Assembly (NCBI GenBank): GCA_002811645.1 | Contig: PDIP01000053.1 | Coordinates: 48,037-112,036, forward strand | DNA length: 64,000 nt | Source: Corallochytrium limacisporum Hawaii | Lineage: Eukaryota > Protista > Pluriformea | Direction: 5' to 3' | Shown here: piece after piece, positions 10,893 to 21,304 of the stretch | How positions within the stretch are numbered: the stretch's first letter is position 1 | Layout: every line of letters begins with the position of its first letter | The notes under the pieces: generated by a model | What the model was told of the DNA's origin: nothing | The model's database searches: none | The model's input: only the letters and a program-made list of their open reading frames with translations | Made by a program: the position numbers and the translations under genes

Positions 10893-12719
10893 ATGGCAAC
10901 CATTGTCAACAGCCTGGAATTGGCACCGGGCAAGAGCCTCGGACCGCTGAATCTTGGGGCGTCATTGAGTGATGTACTCCGGACCCTCTCTCTACCCCAC
11001 AACTATCAGATCTTTGGGTATGATGACACTCAATACCAAGTAATTTATTCACAGAGCCGACCACTGGCGAGACCTGTTGTTGTACAACTACCGGCGGTAG
11101 GCATAAGTTTAATTTTTGATCCATTGCAGCTGGTCCTGCGATGCATCCACGTCGACATCATTAGGGCTAGTAGGAGCTCACGCGTAAAAGTTTGCTACGG
11201 TGTGCAGTCATTATATTCCATCAAAGAAGCAGGCTTCGAGGAACGCACCGTCATGAACTATGAGCAGGTCTATGACCTCTTTGGACCCACTCACCCAGGG
11301 AATGAGGTGCCAGGGGCGTCAGGCTTATTCATGCAGGATCTCGTCAAGGAAATGGATATGCTGTCACAGACCGTCCATAGCACACCATCAACAAAACCGG
11401 TTCCTGGTTCATCAGACTCTGAGGTTAAAACGGAGAAGGAGCCAGAATTACCGGCCAGGGAGCCAGAGACCAACTGCAGCGCTGACCCCCTTGATACACC
11501 AGGACTTACCAAGAAGCAGCGCAAGAGATTGAAAAAGAAACGCCAGCAGCAAAAATTGGCAACTGCCCCCCCTGTCAAGGATGTTGAGACCGAGGCGGGC
11601 GTCACGAGTGAGGATGCAGACGATGAGCGGGACAGTGATGAAAACGAAGCCCTTCAAGCCGTACAAGGAGAGGACTCGACCGGTGACACATTAACAGAGA
11701 CCGCAGGCGCGTCGCACATCTATGTGTTACACTATTCCGGCATCAGCTTCGCCTTCAGACCACCCAAAAATGTTGGTACAGCCATGGACAATCGCAATGA
11801 CTATCAACTAACCGCCGTGGCCGTTTACAGCACGGAATCTATGGGCTCAGGGGAACTGGGTAATATATTAGTGAGCCAAGGGCTGCATAACGTGCACCAT
11901 GACCGCGCCATGGGATCTCAACGTTCTATTCCAGTGGTGTTGGCCTGTGTTGGGGCTGGCATATGGCTTAGCCACCGACCAGTAAAGGACATGCACACGT
12001 GGGCTTCGAAGGCAGATGTCAGCCCTGACGAATGGATCCAACGTACTTGGCCCCAAGGCATTACCCTGGCCTTCCACGAGGCTGAGCAGGACATTATTCA
12101 CGCACTCGGTGTGCCAGCTCATCAGTATCACAAGGAAGCCAGTCGCATGGTCATCCACAGCCAGACTTCGAGTGGAACAAATGCTGGGGACTCCCAGGAG
12201 CATGAAGGGAGCGTAGGGGCGACCACTGCACAGACATCTCCACGGATGGCAGCTACCGCTGGACCAAAGATCGACACCGACAACGATTATTTTCTCAACT
12301 ATCCGGACCTCGGCCTCGACATTCTGATCAATGGCAGGAGCCACAGGGCCGTAAAATATATCTTGCACACCAATATGCCGGGAACGTACGATTTTGGCGA
12401 CTACTGCCGCTGCGATTTCCAAATGGTGGAGGAGTCCAATGCTCAAGAGATTCTGGACTCACTCACGGTGGATGGCATGCAGGCCTACCACGGTAGAATG
12501 AAGGACAATACTACCAACGTGGCCTGGCATTCAACTTTTGCCGACATAGAGGGCCGCTGGGGAAAGTGCCCAATCAAGCCTGTGATCTACAGACAGTCCA
12601 TGCGCAGTGGCAACAGCAATCCTTTTGGAGCAAGCGAGTATCATGCCTACCCTGGTGCGATTTTTGAAGTGCTCAAATCAGGACATATTGCTACAGTGAC
12701 CATGACGGTGCTGGAGTAA
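10893..12719 (+). CDS. PHAF1: Phagophore assembly factor 1 (UPF0183/C16orf70 family)
   Basis: PGKSLGPLNLG, L.FDP..L.L..I, VYDLFGPTHPG, DYFLNY.DLGLDIL, KYILHTNMPG.YDF..Y.RC.F and NPFG....AYPG.IFEV..SG.IATVT. Confidence 0.9.
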   Translation: MATIVNSLELAPGKSLGPLNLGASLSDVLRTLSLPHNYQIFGYDDTQYQVIYSQSRPLARPVVVQLPAVGISLIFDPLQLVLRCIHVDIIRASRSSRVKVCYGVQSLYSIKEAGFEERTVMNYEQVYDLFGPTHPGNEVPGASGLFMQDLVKEMDMLSQTVHSTPSTKPVPGSSDSEVKTEKEPELPAREPETNCSADPLDTPGLTKKQRKRLKKKRQQQKLATAPPVKDVETEAGVTSEDADDERDSDENEALQAVQGEDSTGDTLTETAGASHIYVLHYSGISFAFRPPKNVGTAMDNRNDYQLTAVAVYSTESMGSGELGNILVSQGLHNVHHDRAMGSQRSIPVVLACVGAGIWLSHRPVKDMHTWASKADVSPDEWIQRTWPQGITLAFHEAEQDIIHALGVPAHQYHKEASRMVIHSQTSSGTNAGDSQEHEGSVGATTAQTSPRMAATAGPKIDTDNDYFLNYPDLGLDILINGRSHRAVKYILHTNMPGTYDFGDYCRCDFQMVEESNAQEILDSLTVDGMQAYHGRMKDNTTNVAWHSTFADIEGRWGKCPIKPVIYRQSMRSGNSNPFGASEYHAYPGAIFEVLKSGHIATVTMTVLE

Positions 12720-12835
12720 TGAAACTCTGGATGCACTACTAAACCAATGTATCACAAACACATTTCTTACAAGTTGATCTCTCGGTGAATAGGGGTTCTA
12801 ATATTACAGTTTCTCTCTCTCTCCCTCTCACACTA

Positions 12836-12888
12836 ATAAGCTGTGGTTTTCTCTCTCAAGTTGTGGATAAGTTTGTGGTTTTCTCTCT
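12836..12888. repeat. Imperfect direct repeat (ATAAGc/ttTGTGGTTTTCTCTCT x2) between the convergent PHAF1 and ZIP 3' ends
   Basis: Copies at 12836-12856 and 12867-12888. Confidence 0.6.
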
Positions 12889-13033
12889 TGGTTAATAGTG
12901 GTGGATGGGTTGTCAGTGAATCAGGCTGGAGGCCTGTAGGAACCCATATGATGCAGTAAAGGTAAATGATGCCATGATGTGTCTCTAAGTGTCATTTTTG
13001 GATTGTTTTTAAACTACCACACTAAGGTAGACG

Positions 13034-14689
13034 TTAAAGGGAAGACTCAATGTCTTCCTCGTACCTAGCCAGCAGGATAATGATGGCAAACCCGAACCAA
13101 ATGCAGAAGTGTTGCAGAAGAGTGAATTTAAGGATGTCCTTGCGACTGCTGCCGTCGTGATTGTCGTCACCGGAGGCTTGGCTGTTAGAGCCGTCCTGAT
13201 AGGCAGGCAGTTCACTCTGGCCCAACTTCTTCTCGTTCGGGCGCTCCTCATCCTCGGGGCCAGAGGGGCGAGGCACCACGGCGAGATCCTCGCTGATCTC
13301 GCTATCCCGCTTGTGCCTGATGAGCTCTTGCATGGCCAAATTAACTTGGGGCCAAATGTCCACAAGAGCAATGTAGATGAAAGTACCAGCGACCAGAGCC
13401 AAAATGTAAGCTTGGGTATCATCATCGGTAATGGCCGCACCGGCAAGGGCACCAGCGATGGCGGTCAGAGCACTCAGGAAATTCCAGCCCAGAGCACGCC
13501 AGTAACCAAGGCCGGCATGGAGCAAGACCGCAAAGTCACCAAACTCGTGAGGAATCTCATGGCAAATGATGGCAATGGTGGTACCGAAACCAGCGGACAC
13601 GGAGACAGTAAAGGCAACACCGATGGCAAGACCATCGACAAAGTTGTGGAGACCATCACCCACAATGATATGCCAGGCCACGTGATCAACCTCCTTGAGG
13701 GGACGGCCCTTAGCACGGAAAATTTCAGTGCCCCGTGCATTGGGGGAGGCGTGGTCATCTTGATGGAGATCGTGGACATGGCCATGGCTAGTACCGGCGA
13801 CGATGGCCATGATGGCCTCGAACAGCATAATGGCGTAGAAACCGATAAGGATAAGACTGGTGCGCAGCAACATCTCGGAGTCTGACAACTCTGCCTCTTC
13901 ATGGTCATGTCCATCATGATCATGGTTGTGGAGACCGAGAGCTGAGGGAATCAGATGCATGACAGCATCACCGAGCAAAACACCAATGGCCATGCACATC
14001 AGACTGATCATGACCCAGCGGGCAATCCTAGGCTTGCGGTCCGCGAGAGGAACAAGGAGGGCACCGACCAGGGACAGAATTGAAACGATGGCAGCAGCCA
14101 GCACAGCCCATCCGCGGGCTTCGCTCTCGGAAAGACCGGAGGAGCTCTCACTGCTATGGTCGTGTTCGTCCTCACCGCCAATCAGGCCTGCCTCAGCACA
14201 GGGACCAGATGGAGACACCTGCAGGAGTAGAGAAGGAGCCATGGTCACGAGTTGGTCGATCTCAATGTCAGAAGTTGCGTCCAAGCCATGCGCCTCAAGG
14301 AGTTCCTCGGCAGTCGGGTAGCACTCGGTGGTAGCAGTCTGGCGGCGGCGGCGTGTAGCGTCCGCTGTGTCTTCGTCGTCATGGTCCTCATCACCATGTT
14401 CTTCGTCATCATGGTCCTCATCACCATGTTCGTCATCATGTTCTTCGTCATCGTGGTCGTGGTCGTGGTCATGATCGTGGTCATGGTCTTCTTCAGGGGT
14501 GAAGCCGTAGTTTCCAAGCATCGTCTCGAAGTCAGAAACGCTCAAGTGATCAACACTACCCTCAGTGCTGTACAGAGCAATGAGATCACCTGCGGCCTGG
14601 TAGGCTATTTCAGTTGCGTTCACGGCATCGTCCTGGGCCGCAACGGCGGCGAGTAGTGCCACCAGCGGCACAATAGTTTTTCCAAGCAT
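13034..14689 (-). CDS. LIV-1 subfamily ZIP metal transporter (SLC39A4/12-like) with signal peptide and His/Asp-rich ectodomain
   Basis: Signal peptide, GDGLHNFVDG and CHEIPHEFGDF (HExPHExGD) motifs, PAL-like APSLLLQV...C, and multiple TM segments. Confidence 0.92.
   Translation of the reverse strand: MLGKTIVPLVALLAAVAAQDDAVNATEIAYQAAGDLIALYSTEGSVDHLSVSDFETMLGNYGFTPEEDHDHDHDHDHDHDDEEHDDEHGDEDHDDEEHGDEDHDDEDTADATRRRRQTATTECYPTAEELLEAHGLDATSDIEIDQLVTMAPSLLLQVSPSGPCAEAGLIGGEDEHDHSSESSSGLSESEARGWAVLAAAIVSILSLVGALLVPLADRKPRIARWVMISLMCMAIGVLLGDAVMHLIPSALGLHNHDHDGHDHEEAELSDSEMLLRTSLILIGFYAIMLFEAIMAIVAGTSHGHVHDLHQDDHASPNARGTEIFRAKGRPLKEVDHVAWHIIVGDGLHNFVDGLAIGVAFTVSVSAGFGTTIAIICHEIPHEFGDFAVLLHAGLGYWRALGWNFLSALTAIAGALAGAAITDDDTQAYILALVAGTFIYIALVDIWPQVNLAMQELIRHKRDSEISEDLAVVPRPSGPEDEERPNEKKLGQSELPAYQDGSNSQASGDDNHDGSSRKDILKFTLLQHFCIWFGFAIIILLARYEEDIESSL
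14371..14490 (-). repeat. Coding tandem repeats (30-nt unit and 6-nt unit) encoding (DH)n and EHGDEDHDDE
   Basis: atggtcctcatcaccatgtt repeats at 30-nt spacing; a (gtggtc/atggtc)n run follows. Confidence 0.85.
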
Positions 14690-15273
14690 TTTTTGAGTGT
14701 AGAGTAAAGCTTACATGAACCTGTAGCTTCTATTGAACTAAGAAGCCATTTTTGATGATCAATCCAAACCTTGATCTCTGTTGCTTTATATACCACGAAG
14801 GACGTCGAAGGTGCTGACAAGACATAGTGGTCGATCTCGGGTGTTGCTTACCAAAAGGCCCACAATACATTCAGACCTACCCTTGTTTTCTTTCTTATCT
14901 TTCGGTCCGGAATGCATGCTTCATATCGCTAGAATGGACCGTAGACGATCATGCCTCTAAAGTGTTGTCAATATGCGGATCAGCATTTAGGTCCTCCAAG
15001 CACATACCCAGTTCGGGTCATCCACAGTTGTGTTCTTGAGCCGCACCCCCGACTCTTGCGACCGTTCAACCCGCACCGGGTACTGCGCAGACACCCGGCA
15101 GAGAACAGTGGTCTCCCTTCCCCCGGTCCCCCAACGTTCTGTTTTTTCCCTATGATTTGTATGCCAAACTCAGAGTCGTAAGAGAAGGTGTGAGACACTT
15201 CTCTCCAAATTCTTTTACAGATCCGCCTTTCCCCCCCCCCTCCCGACTTTTTGTCTCCCTCCTTTCCCCCCCC

Positions 15274-15697
15274 NNNNNNNNNNNNNNNNNNNNNNNNNNN
15301 NNNNNNNNNNNNNNNNNNNNNNNNNNNNNNNNNNNNNNNNNNNNNNNNNNNNNNNNNNNNNNNNNNNNNNNNNNNNNNNNNNNNNNNNNNNNNNNNNNNN
15401 NNNNNNNNNNNNNNNNNNNNNNNNNNNNNNNNNNNNNNNNNNNNNNNNNNNNNNNNNNNNNNNNNNNNNNNNNNNNNNNNNNNNNNNNNNNNNNNNNNNN
15501 NNNNNNNNNNNNNNNNNNNNNNNNNNNNNNNNNNNNNNNNNNNNNNNNNNNNNNNNNNNNNNNNNNNNNNNNNNNNNNNNNNNNNNNNNNNNNNNNNNNN
15601 NNNNNNNNNNNNNNNNNNNNNNNNNNNNNNNNNNNNNNNNNNNNNNNNNNNNNNNNNNNNNNNNNNNNNNNNNNNNNNNNNNNNNNNNNNNNNNNNN
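15274..15697. other. Assembly gap
   Basis: N run flanked by a C tract on the left and a G tract on the right. Confidence 1.
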
Positions 15698-18248
15698 GGG
15701 GGGAGGGGGAATTGAGTCCTGCAGTTTCATTCCCGTTGCATCAATTTGAGTACATAATGAACTGTAATTTTCCCCTGGAAAGGACAACTGCGGGAGGGCA
15801 AGGCAGGGAGGGGTGGGATCAAAACGGTCAGTCCTCGGCGGCTACAAAACCAAAATCGCTTGCCGTGTAATCAGAAAAAGAAAGGGAAACAAAGAGCAAA
15901 AATTGAACAAAAACAACAAATTCCCAGCAGCCAAAATCTCCATATTTAAAGTAAGGAACAGCACCCATCAAACAGACACGGGGACTCCCCTGCCCGGAAA
16001 AATAGGCGGAGAGGGAGGGGAGGGGGGGGGGGGGACGGAAGTTGAATTTGTTCTCTCGGACAACCTTCGACTAGAATGTTTGCCTTACCGAACAGTGAGC
16101 CGAGACACCGCTAGTCATCGTCAATTCGTCCCAAGTCTTTATTCCGGTGTGTGTGTTCCCTCTCTCCCCTAACCCAAGCGGGGAGTGCCTGTGAATTGAG
16201 GGAAAAATACAATAAAAATGTGGCAGTTGTGACTTTTCATGTCTGTGTAAGGTTTCGGGCTGCTCATGTTCGGTCGTGGAAAGAGGGACCGCTGCACATA
16301 AAAAAAGCAAAAAAAAAAATAAGAGGGAAAAAATAGAAACAAAAGTGGGTCAGAACGGGGGGAAATTTACCGGAGCATTCTCTGAACCTGCCGGACCAAA
16401 AAGAAGAGTTGAGCAGGAGGGGGGCAGGCAGGTAAAAAGGCTTAGTTTGGCTCTCAAACGCAAAGACACGGAGGTATGCTGCTCCAAGGGAGAGAGAATT
16501 CGCGAGTTAGATTATACCCATTCTATACCTCAAAGGGACACCAAGCCCTGGTGACTATCGCGCATAAAGACGGTCCCGTGCACGAAGAAGTTCCCCAGGG
16601 CTGGAGGGGGAGGGTCCGATCGCCTGTCAAAGATTCCTAAAATTTACCGCAAAAAAAAATAAAGTATCTGTCTTTCCCTTCCCTCACGCCGCGTAAGTTC
16701 TGTGTTTGGTCCTCCGCCGGCTCACGCTTTGTTCAATATGGAATCAAGGAGGACGACCACAATAACAACAACAACAACAAACTTGTGCCCGTCGGTGACA
16801 CCTACCTTCGTATTGGTAATCGATTGGTGGGTTTCACCAGCGCTGTGGTGTGTTTGGCACGGACGGCGTTTTCGCGGATCCCTCTCTGTCTCCTCCTACT
16901 GTGTTGGTGGATGGTTTGCAAGGTCCGTGTTCGTATTGGCCACGCTGGCCACTTCACGCAACGTCATGCGGGGTTGGAGGACGCTGGCCGCCCACCGCGT
17001 TCTCGTGGGGAGAGGTGGCTACCGCAGTTTCTTCGATATCACAAGCAGCCGCCCGCCTCCGAAACAGGGAATCTTGCGATAACGAAACTCCTGTTTTCCG
17101 AGCACTCTCTATAGAAAACGTACGACATAAATTTCAGCACTTGCGCTCGGACCAAAGGTCGACAGTCCATTCCCATGTGGGTTTTGTTGCCCGGAGGAGG
17201 ACAGGAGCGGCCTCCTCTTGCTTTCCCAATTCGTTCTCGGCATCTAGCTGCCCTTGGTCCCTAGAGCATTGGTTTCCTGCTTATAGTGCAGGTACGTAAA
17301 CTATGCCCTGGTTCCCGGGTATTGTCAAGGCCTCTCGCCGGGGCGCTCACAATACCGTGCCCAAACATCGCCAGCCGACACTTGTCACCTAGCATGCTCG
17401 CCCCCTTCGTTCCTTTCAATCGCCAATATGTTACTACACTCACAAAGTTTGAGCATGTCTGCAAGATGCGGAGACGAACACGAAGGAAGGGAAGTGGGAA
17501 GGGGAACGTCGGGTGCACAATGGCAGCGCCCGGCACAAAATTAGGTCCTCGGTCCCCCGTCCAGCCATCGGTCATGGGTTTGCATAAACGGTACTGCGGT
17601 ACTTTGTGTGGTAAACAGGTGCCTTGATGACTTAACTAGTTACCCATGTCGGGTGGGTGCCATGAGCAAGCGATATTGCCCATCTTCGAAATCCCCCGTC
17701 ACTTTACCATTGATGTCTTGTCTCCCACCTTGGGGACTATAGGATGTTTCAAAGAAAGAGGTGATACCGTGATGGCGGGGCCAGTTTTGGTGACGGGGCG
17801 GAGATGTTGTATATCAAGATGGGAAAAATACCAAAGAATAATGCAGCTGATGTAGGTCGGGTGCCCAAGCTGTGAGAAGATACCTTTTCGTTGATGGCTA
17901 TGATCTGATGCCCTTGTCAGAGCCAGGGGGACCAACGTGCTTTCCCCGGAACGGATGTGAACGGAGGAGGAAAGGTCTCCAAACTGAAGTTGGCTCTCGC
18001 AGATCAAACAGGTCTCTGGTACCGACACAAGGTGTACACAAGCCGAACCCCCAAGAGGTATTCTCGGCATCAGCCTCCTTCCGATAAACCTTCAGTTCAC
18101 AGGTAGGAAAGCTATGAAGGAAGCCACGGGATGGTCATACATCAGTCGTACTAGATGATCCATAGCGTTTGGACTGTAATCCCAACAGCAGCCTACAGCA
18201 CCTATTCATGTCGGGAATGCACGGGAACGGAGGAACAAGTAGAACAAA

Positions 18249-18792
18249 TCACGCGACCGCGACCGACCTTTTTCCGCAAATGTGATGAGCGAGCCCGACA
18301 GTACTCTAATGGGATAACTCATAAATATATTGGCGTCGGTCGTGTGAGTGGGCGGGGGCCACCCCTTCCATTAACTTCGTCGGGTGCTTGTCGGGTGTCC
18401 GAACATTTAACAATATCGGTATATGTATTAAAGTTATTATAAATAGTACTTTGCTCAATTTTAAAAATACCGTATACAAAGCAAAATGAAAGATTCATGT
18501 GGTCCTGCCCATCTAAGGCAATTTAGAAATTTCTAACCAAGGTCCCCCCCCCCAATAACAGGAGATGTCCCCATTATCCCAGCACGTGTAAGGGACCGAC
18601 GGAGTCGGTCGCATCAAATTAGCATCTGGTACAATAAGCTGCTGCCTAGCAGCTGGGTGACTCAAAATGTCGGTCGCATCGCACAATGTCATACAAATTA
18701 TACTAAAAAGATCGATTCAACAACCGCATTAAAATTGTCGGTCGTCACTTTGACCAAAAAAGTTCCTACTCCAGAGTGTGCGACCGACAATT
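18249..18792. repeat. Cluster of GTCGGTCG motifs in both orientations around an AT-rich core, with hairpins
   Basis: Exact 8-mer at 18260(-), 18335, 18604, 18669, 18737 and 18781(-). Near copies at 18379, 18390 and 18594. Confidence 0.75.
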
Positions 18793-19534
18793 GGCTGTAC
18801 CACTGTGTGAGGCGACCAGATCCCGCCCAGGGAGGGGGCCAGGGGGAACGTTTTGGGTCGTGATAGGCCCCAGAACGGTTGGCTGTGTCAGCAGCTGCGG
18901 CGGTGGCGATGTACGTGTACCACAATTCTCTCAAAGTCAATCAGTGGTAGCAGTCTCTGTATCATTTTGGCGATATAACGCCTCCAAAGGCCCACGTGTA
19001 CAGGTCCGACACACCTTTGTTGGGAAGGATGACCGGTAGGAAGGGTTTGGTTCTCGGATAAAAAGAGTTGAAAAAGATCGCGAGCCCTACCAACAATGCA
19101 ATCAAACGGGGGACAGACAGCATAGCTGAAGACTCATAGACCCTGAAGTTGGAGACTGGCCTTCCCGCTTGAAGCCATCCAGGGCGTCCTGAAGGACCTC
19201 AACAAGTCTGGAGGAAGTGACCAAGAACACGAGTACCATGAGAGAGTGTTGTTGAGTTATACGGCGTGGGTTTGCAGTGATGTAACTAGATGTAACTATT
19301 GAAACAAATGATGCTGATGATGACGTTCAGACTCGTAGCCTGATCAACGTGCTCGTAAACCATGGGAAGAGCGTCACCTCAAGACTTTCCCACTTCATGA
19401 CGGCGGAACCATGTCCGGAGCGGCTGGACCCCTTCGGGGAGATGTGACAGCTGTAAGTGATCAGGGGAAAGGGGGAGAACGGAAGGACCCAGTGGTTAGT
19501 ATGGTCGACCCCAGAATTTATTGCACAGCAGACT

Positions 19535-20473
19535 CTACAATCGACTCAACTTACGAGTTGGGATGTTGTACATCGTCCCGCCCGTGCCCGGAATGTTATT
19601 GCCGTACATCAGGAGGTCGAGTTCCCTTTCGTAGAACTCCTTCTTTAGCTCAGCGTAGGTATTGTAGTTCGGGTAGACGGCATGCGTGCATGCCCGCTTT
19701 GCCATGCTGATCGCAGTAGACCATAGGGCATTGCCTTCGCACACTTCATTTACCATTCCAGCCTCGAGTGCCGTCGTAGCTGTGTACCTCTGTAGGATAT
19801 TTGAAAGAGAATGAACAAAATTCACCTGCAGTTAGCATAACCATTTCCGAATTGCTAAAAAAAACCGCACAAATTCTCGATCTCGCCGTAAAATACTTAC
19901 CTTTGCTCTGAAAATCACATCTGTCAGAGTATCAGATCTCAATTTGGCCCGTGCAAGAGCTACAAAGGCCTTACCTGCTGGTATTCCGAGGGGCAGGAGT
20001 GGAATGCACATGTAGCCTTTTGTGGAGTTCATTACCCGTTCGTCAAAACACAGCGAGAAGAGACAACCGGCTCCAAAGCAGTGGCCATTGATGGCAGCGA
20101 TGGTGGGCAAAGGGAAGGCCAGGACACGAGCCATGAGCTGAAGCATCGAATTTAACATACGCTCCTGGCGGTTCGGTCCATGAGTGACTGCTTCCTTGAG
20201 ATCAACTCCATTGTTGAAGAATTTGTGTCCGAGATTTCCCGTCACAACAAGCACACCTAATGCTTGAGTGTTCTGAATGTAGTCGAGACATTTATTCATT
20301 TCCTCAATGCGCTGCGAATTAAATCGATTCTCGTCTTGCCCCATGGTGAGAATAAAAATATTGCGTTCATTTTGCTCGGCACCAGACTCGACCTTTATCT
20401 CCCATTGGTACACTGCGCACTGGTGAAGGCTAAACACGGTCTGCAAATTTTCAAATTCTTTATCATCAGTCAT
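19535..20473 (-). CDS. Peroxisomal delta3,delta2-enoyl-CoA isomerase (crotonase fold), two exons: 20473..19901 + 19789..19535 (alternative acceptor gives 19825..19535)
   Basis: ENRFN, KFFNNGVDL and PTIAAINGHCFGAG motifs. AAG|GTAAGT donor at 19900 and GCTAAC branch point. Splicing to the CTACAG at 19790 restores AKRYTA..ALEAGMV. The protein ends in SRL (PTS1). Confidence 0.85.
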
Positions 20474-21028
20474 TCTCTCTACGTCTTGACCGACTATCCT
20501 GCTACTTTAATTGCTAGAACTAAAATTTTCCTGATCCGTTCCTTTAACTCCTTTTTTCTTACGCTACCACTCTACCCTAGTATTGCTCGCAGGCTATCTC
20601 GTTGATTTATCGAAATATGATCCCTCAAAAACATTCAAAAGCACAAAGCAGTGTAAATAGCTGAATACTCTTACATTTCTTCTGCACAATCGAAACCACC
20701 CAACAAACCGAACAAACCGGCTTTGCGGACCCCCGGTGTGCAGATTCCATGCGGCAGGCCCCGTTAACCGGCCGCGCCAGTAACGCCCTCCCACCCGCGC
20801 TCCCGCCCCTCCTTATTTTTTCTTTTTGGGAAACGGGCAGCTTTGCTTCGGAGCCGGTTGCAACCCCGACGCCGAGCAGTGCCCGTTTCGTAACTTCCCG
20901 GCTGTATGACCTCGAAGCATGTGCATGTGACTGGATATGTTATGAGAAGCTACAAATGGTTGCCATTTTGATGTGTAAAGACTCTTGATCGTTTGCGACC
21001 CATTTTCTCCGAAAATGTGTCCGTAACA

Positions 21029-21304
21029 ATGGTGTCCGAAGTGGCTTTGTTCCAGGCCGCCATGATGGCGACCTGGAAGGACAACTACAGAAGCAGGAAT
21101 TATTTACCGGTGGCGATTCGGGAGAAGGCCATTGCTGATATTGCCATGAAGTATATTGTACAACCCGAGAATCTTCTTGAAGACGATGCACCGTTTGACT
21201 GGGATCACTCGTATGTACAGGTCGTGAGTTACTTACAACCAAAGGAAGATGTCAACAAATCTGCAACATCGTCATTAGCTGCACTTGGCATGCCAGAGCG
21301 TTGA
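21029..21304 (+). CDS. IFT43: Short, divergent intraflagellar transport protein 43 homologue (C-terminal conserved domain only)
   Basis: PENLLEDDAPFDWDHSYVQV matches the remembered IFT43 signature PE.EV.EDD..WDWDHLFTEV. 91 aa from the ATG at 21029. Confidence 0.65.
   Translation: MVSEVALFQAAMMATWKDNYRSRNYLPVAIREKAIADIAMKYIVQPENLLEDDAPFDWDHSYVQVVSYLQPKEDVNKSATSSLAALGMPER

Noticed and set aside
15157-15870. ORFs spanning the N gaps (also 32768-33490 and 39554-40056)
   Set aside because: Artefacts of undetermined sequence.
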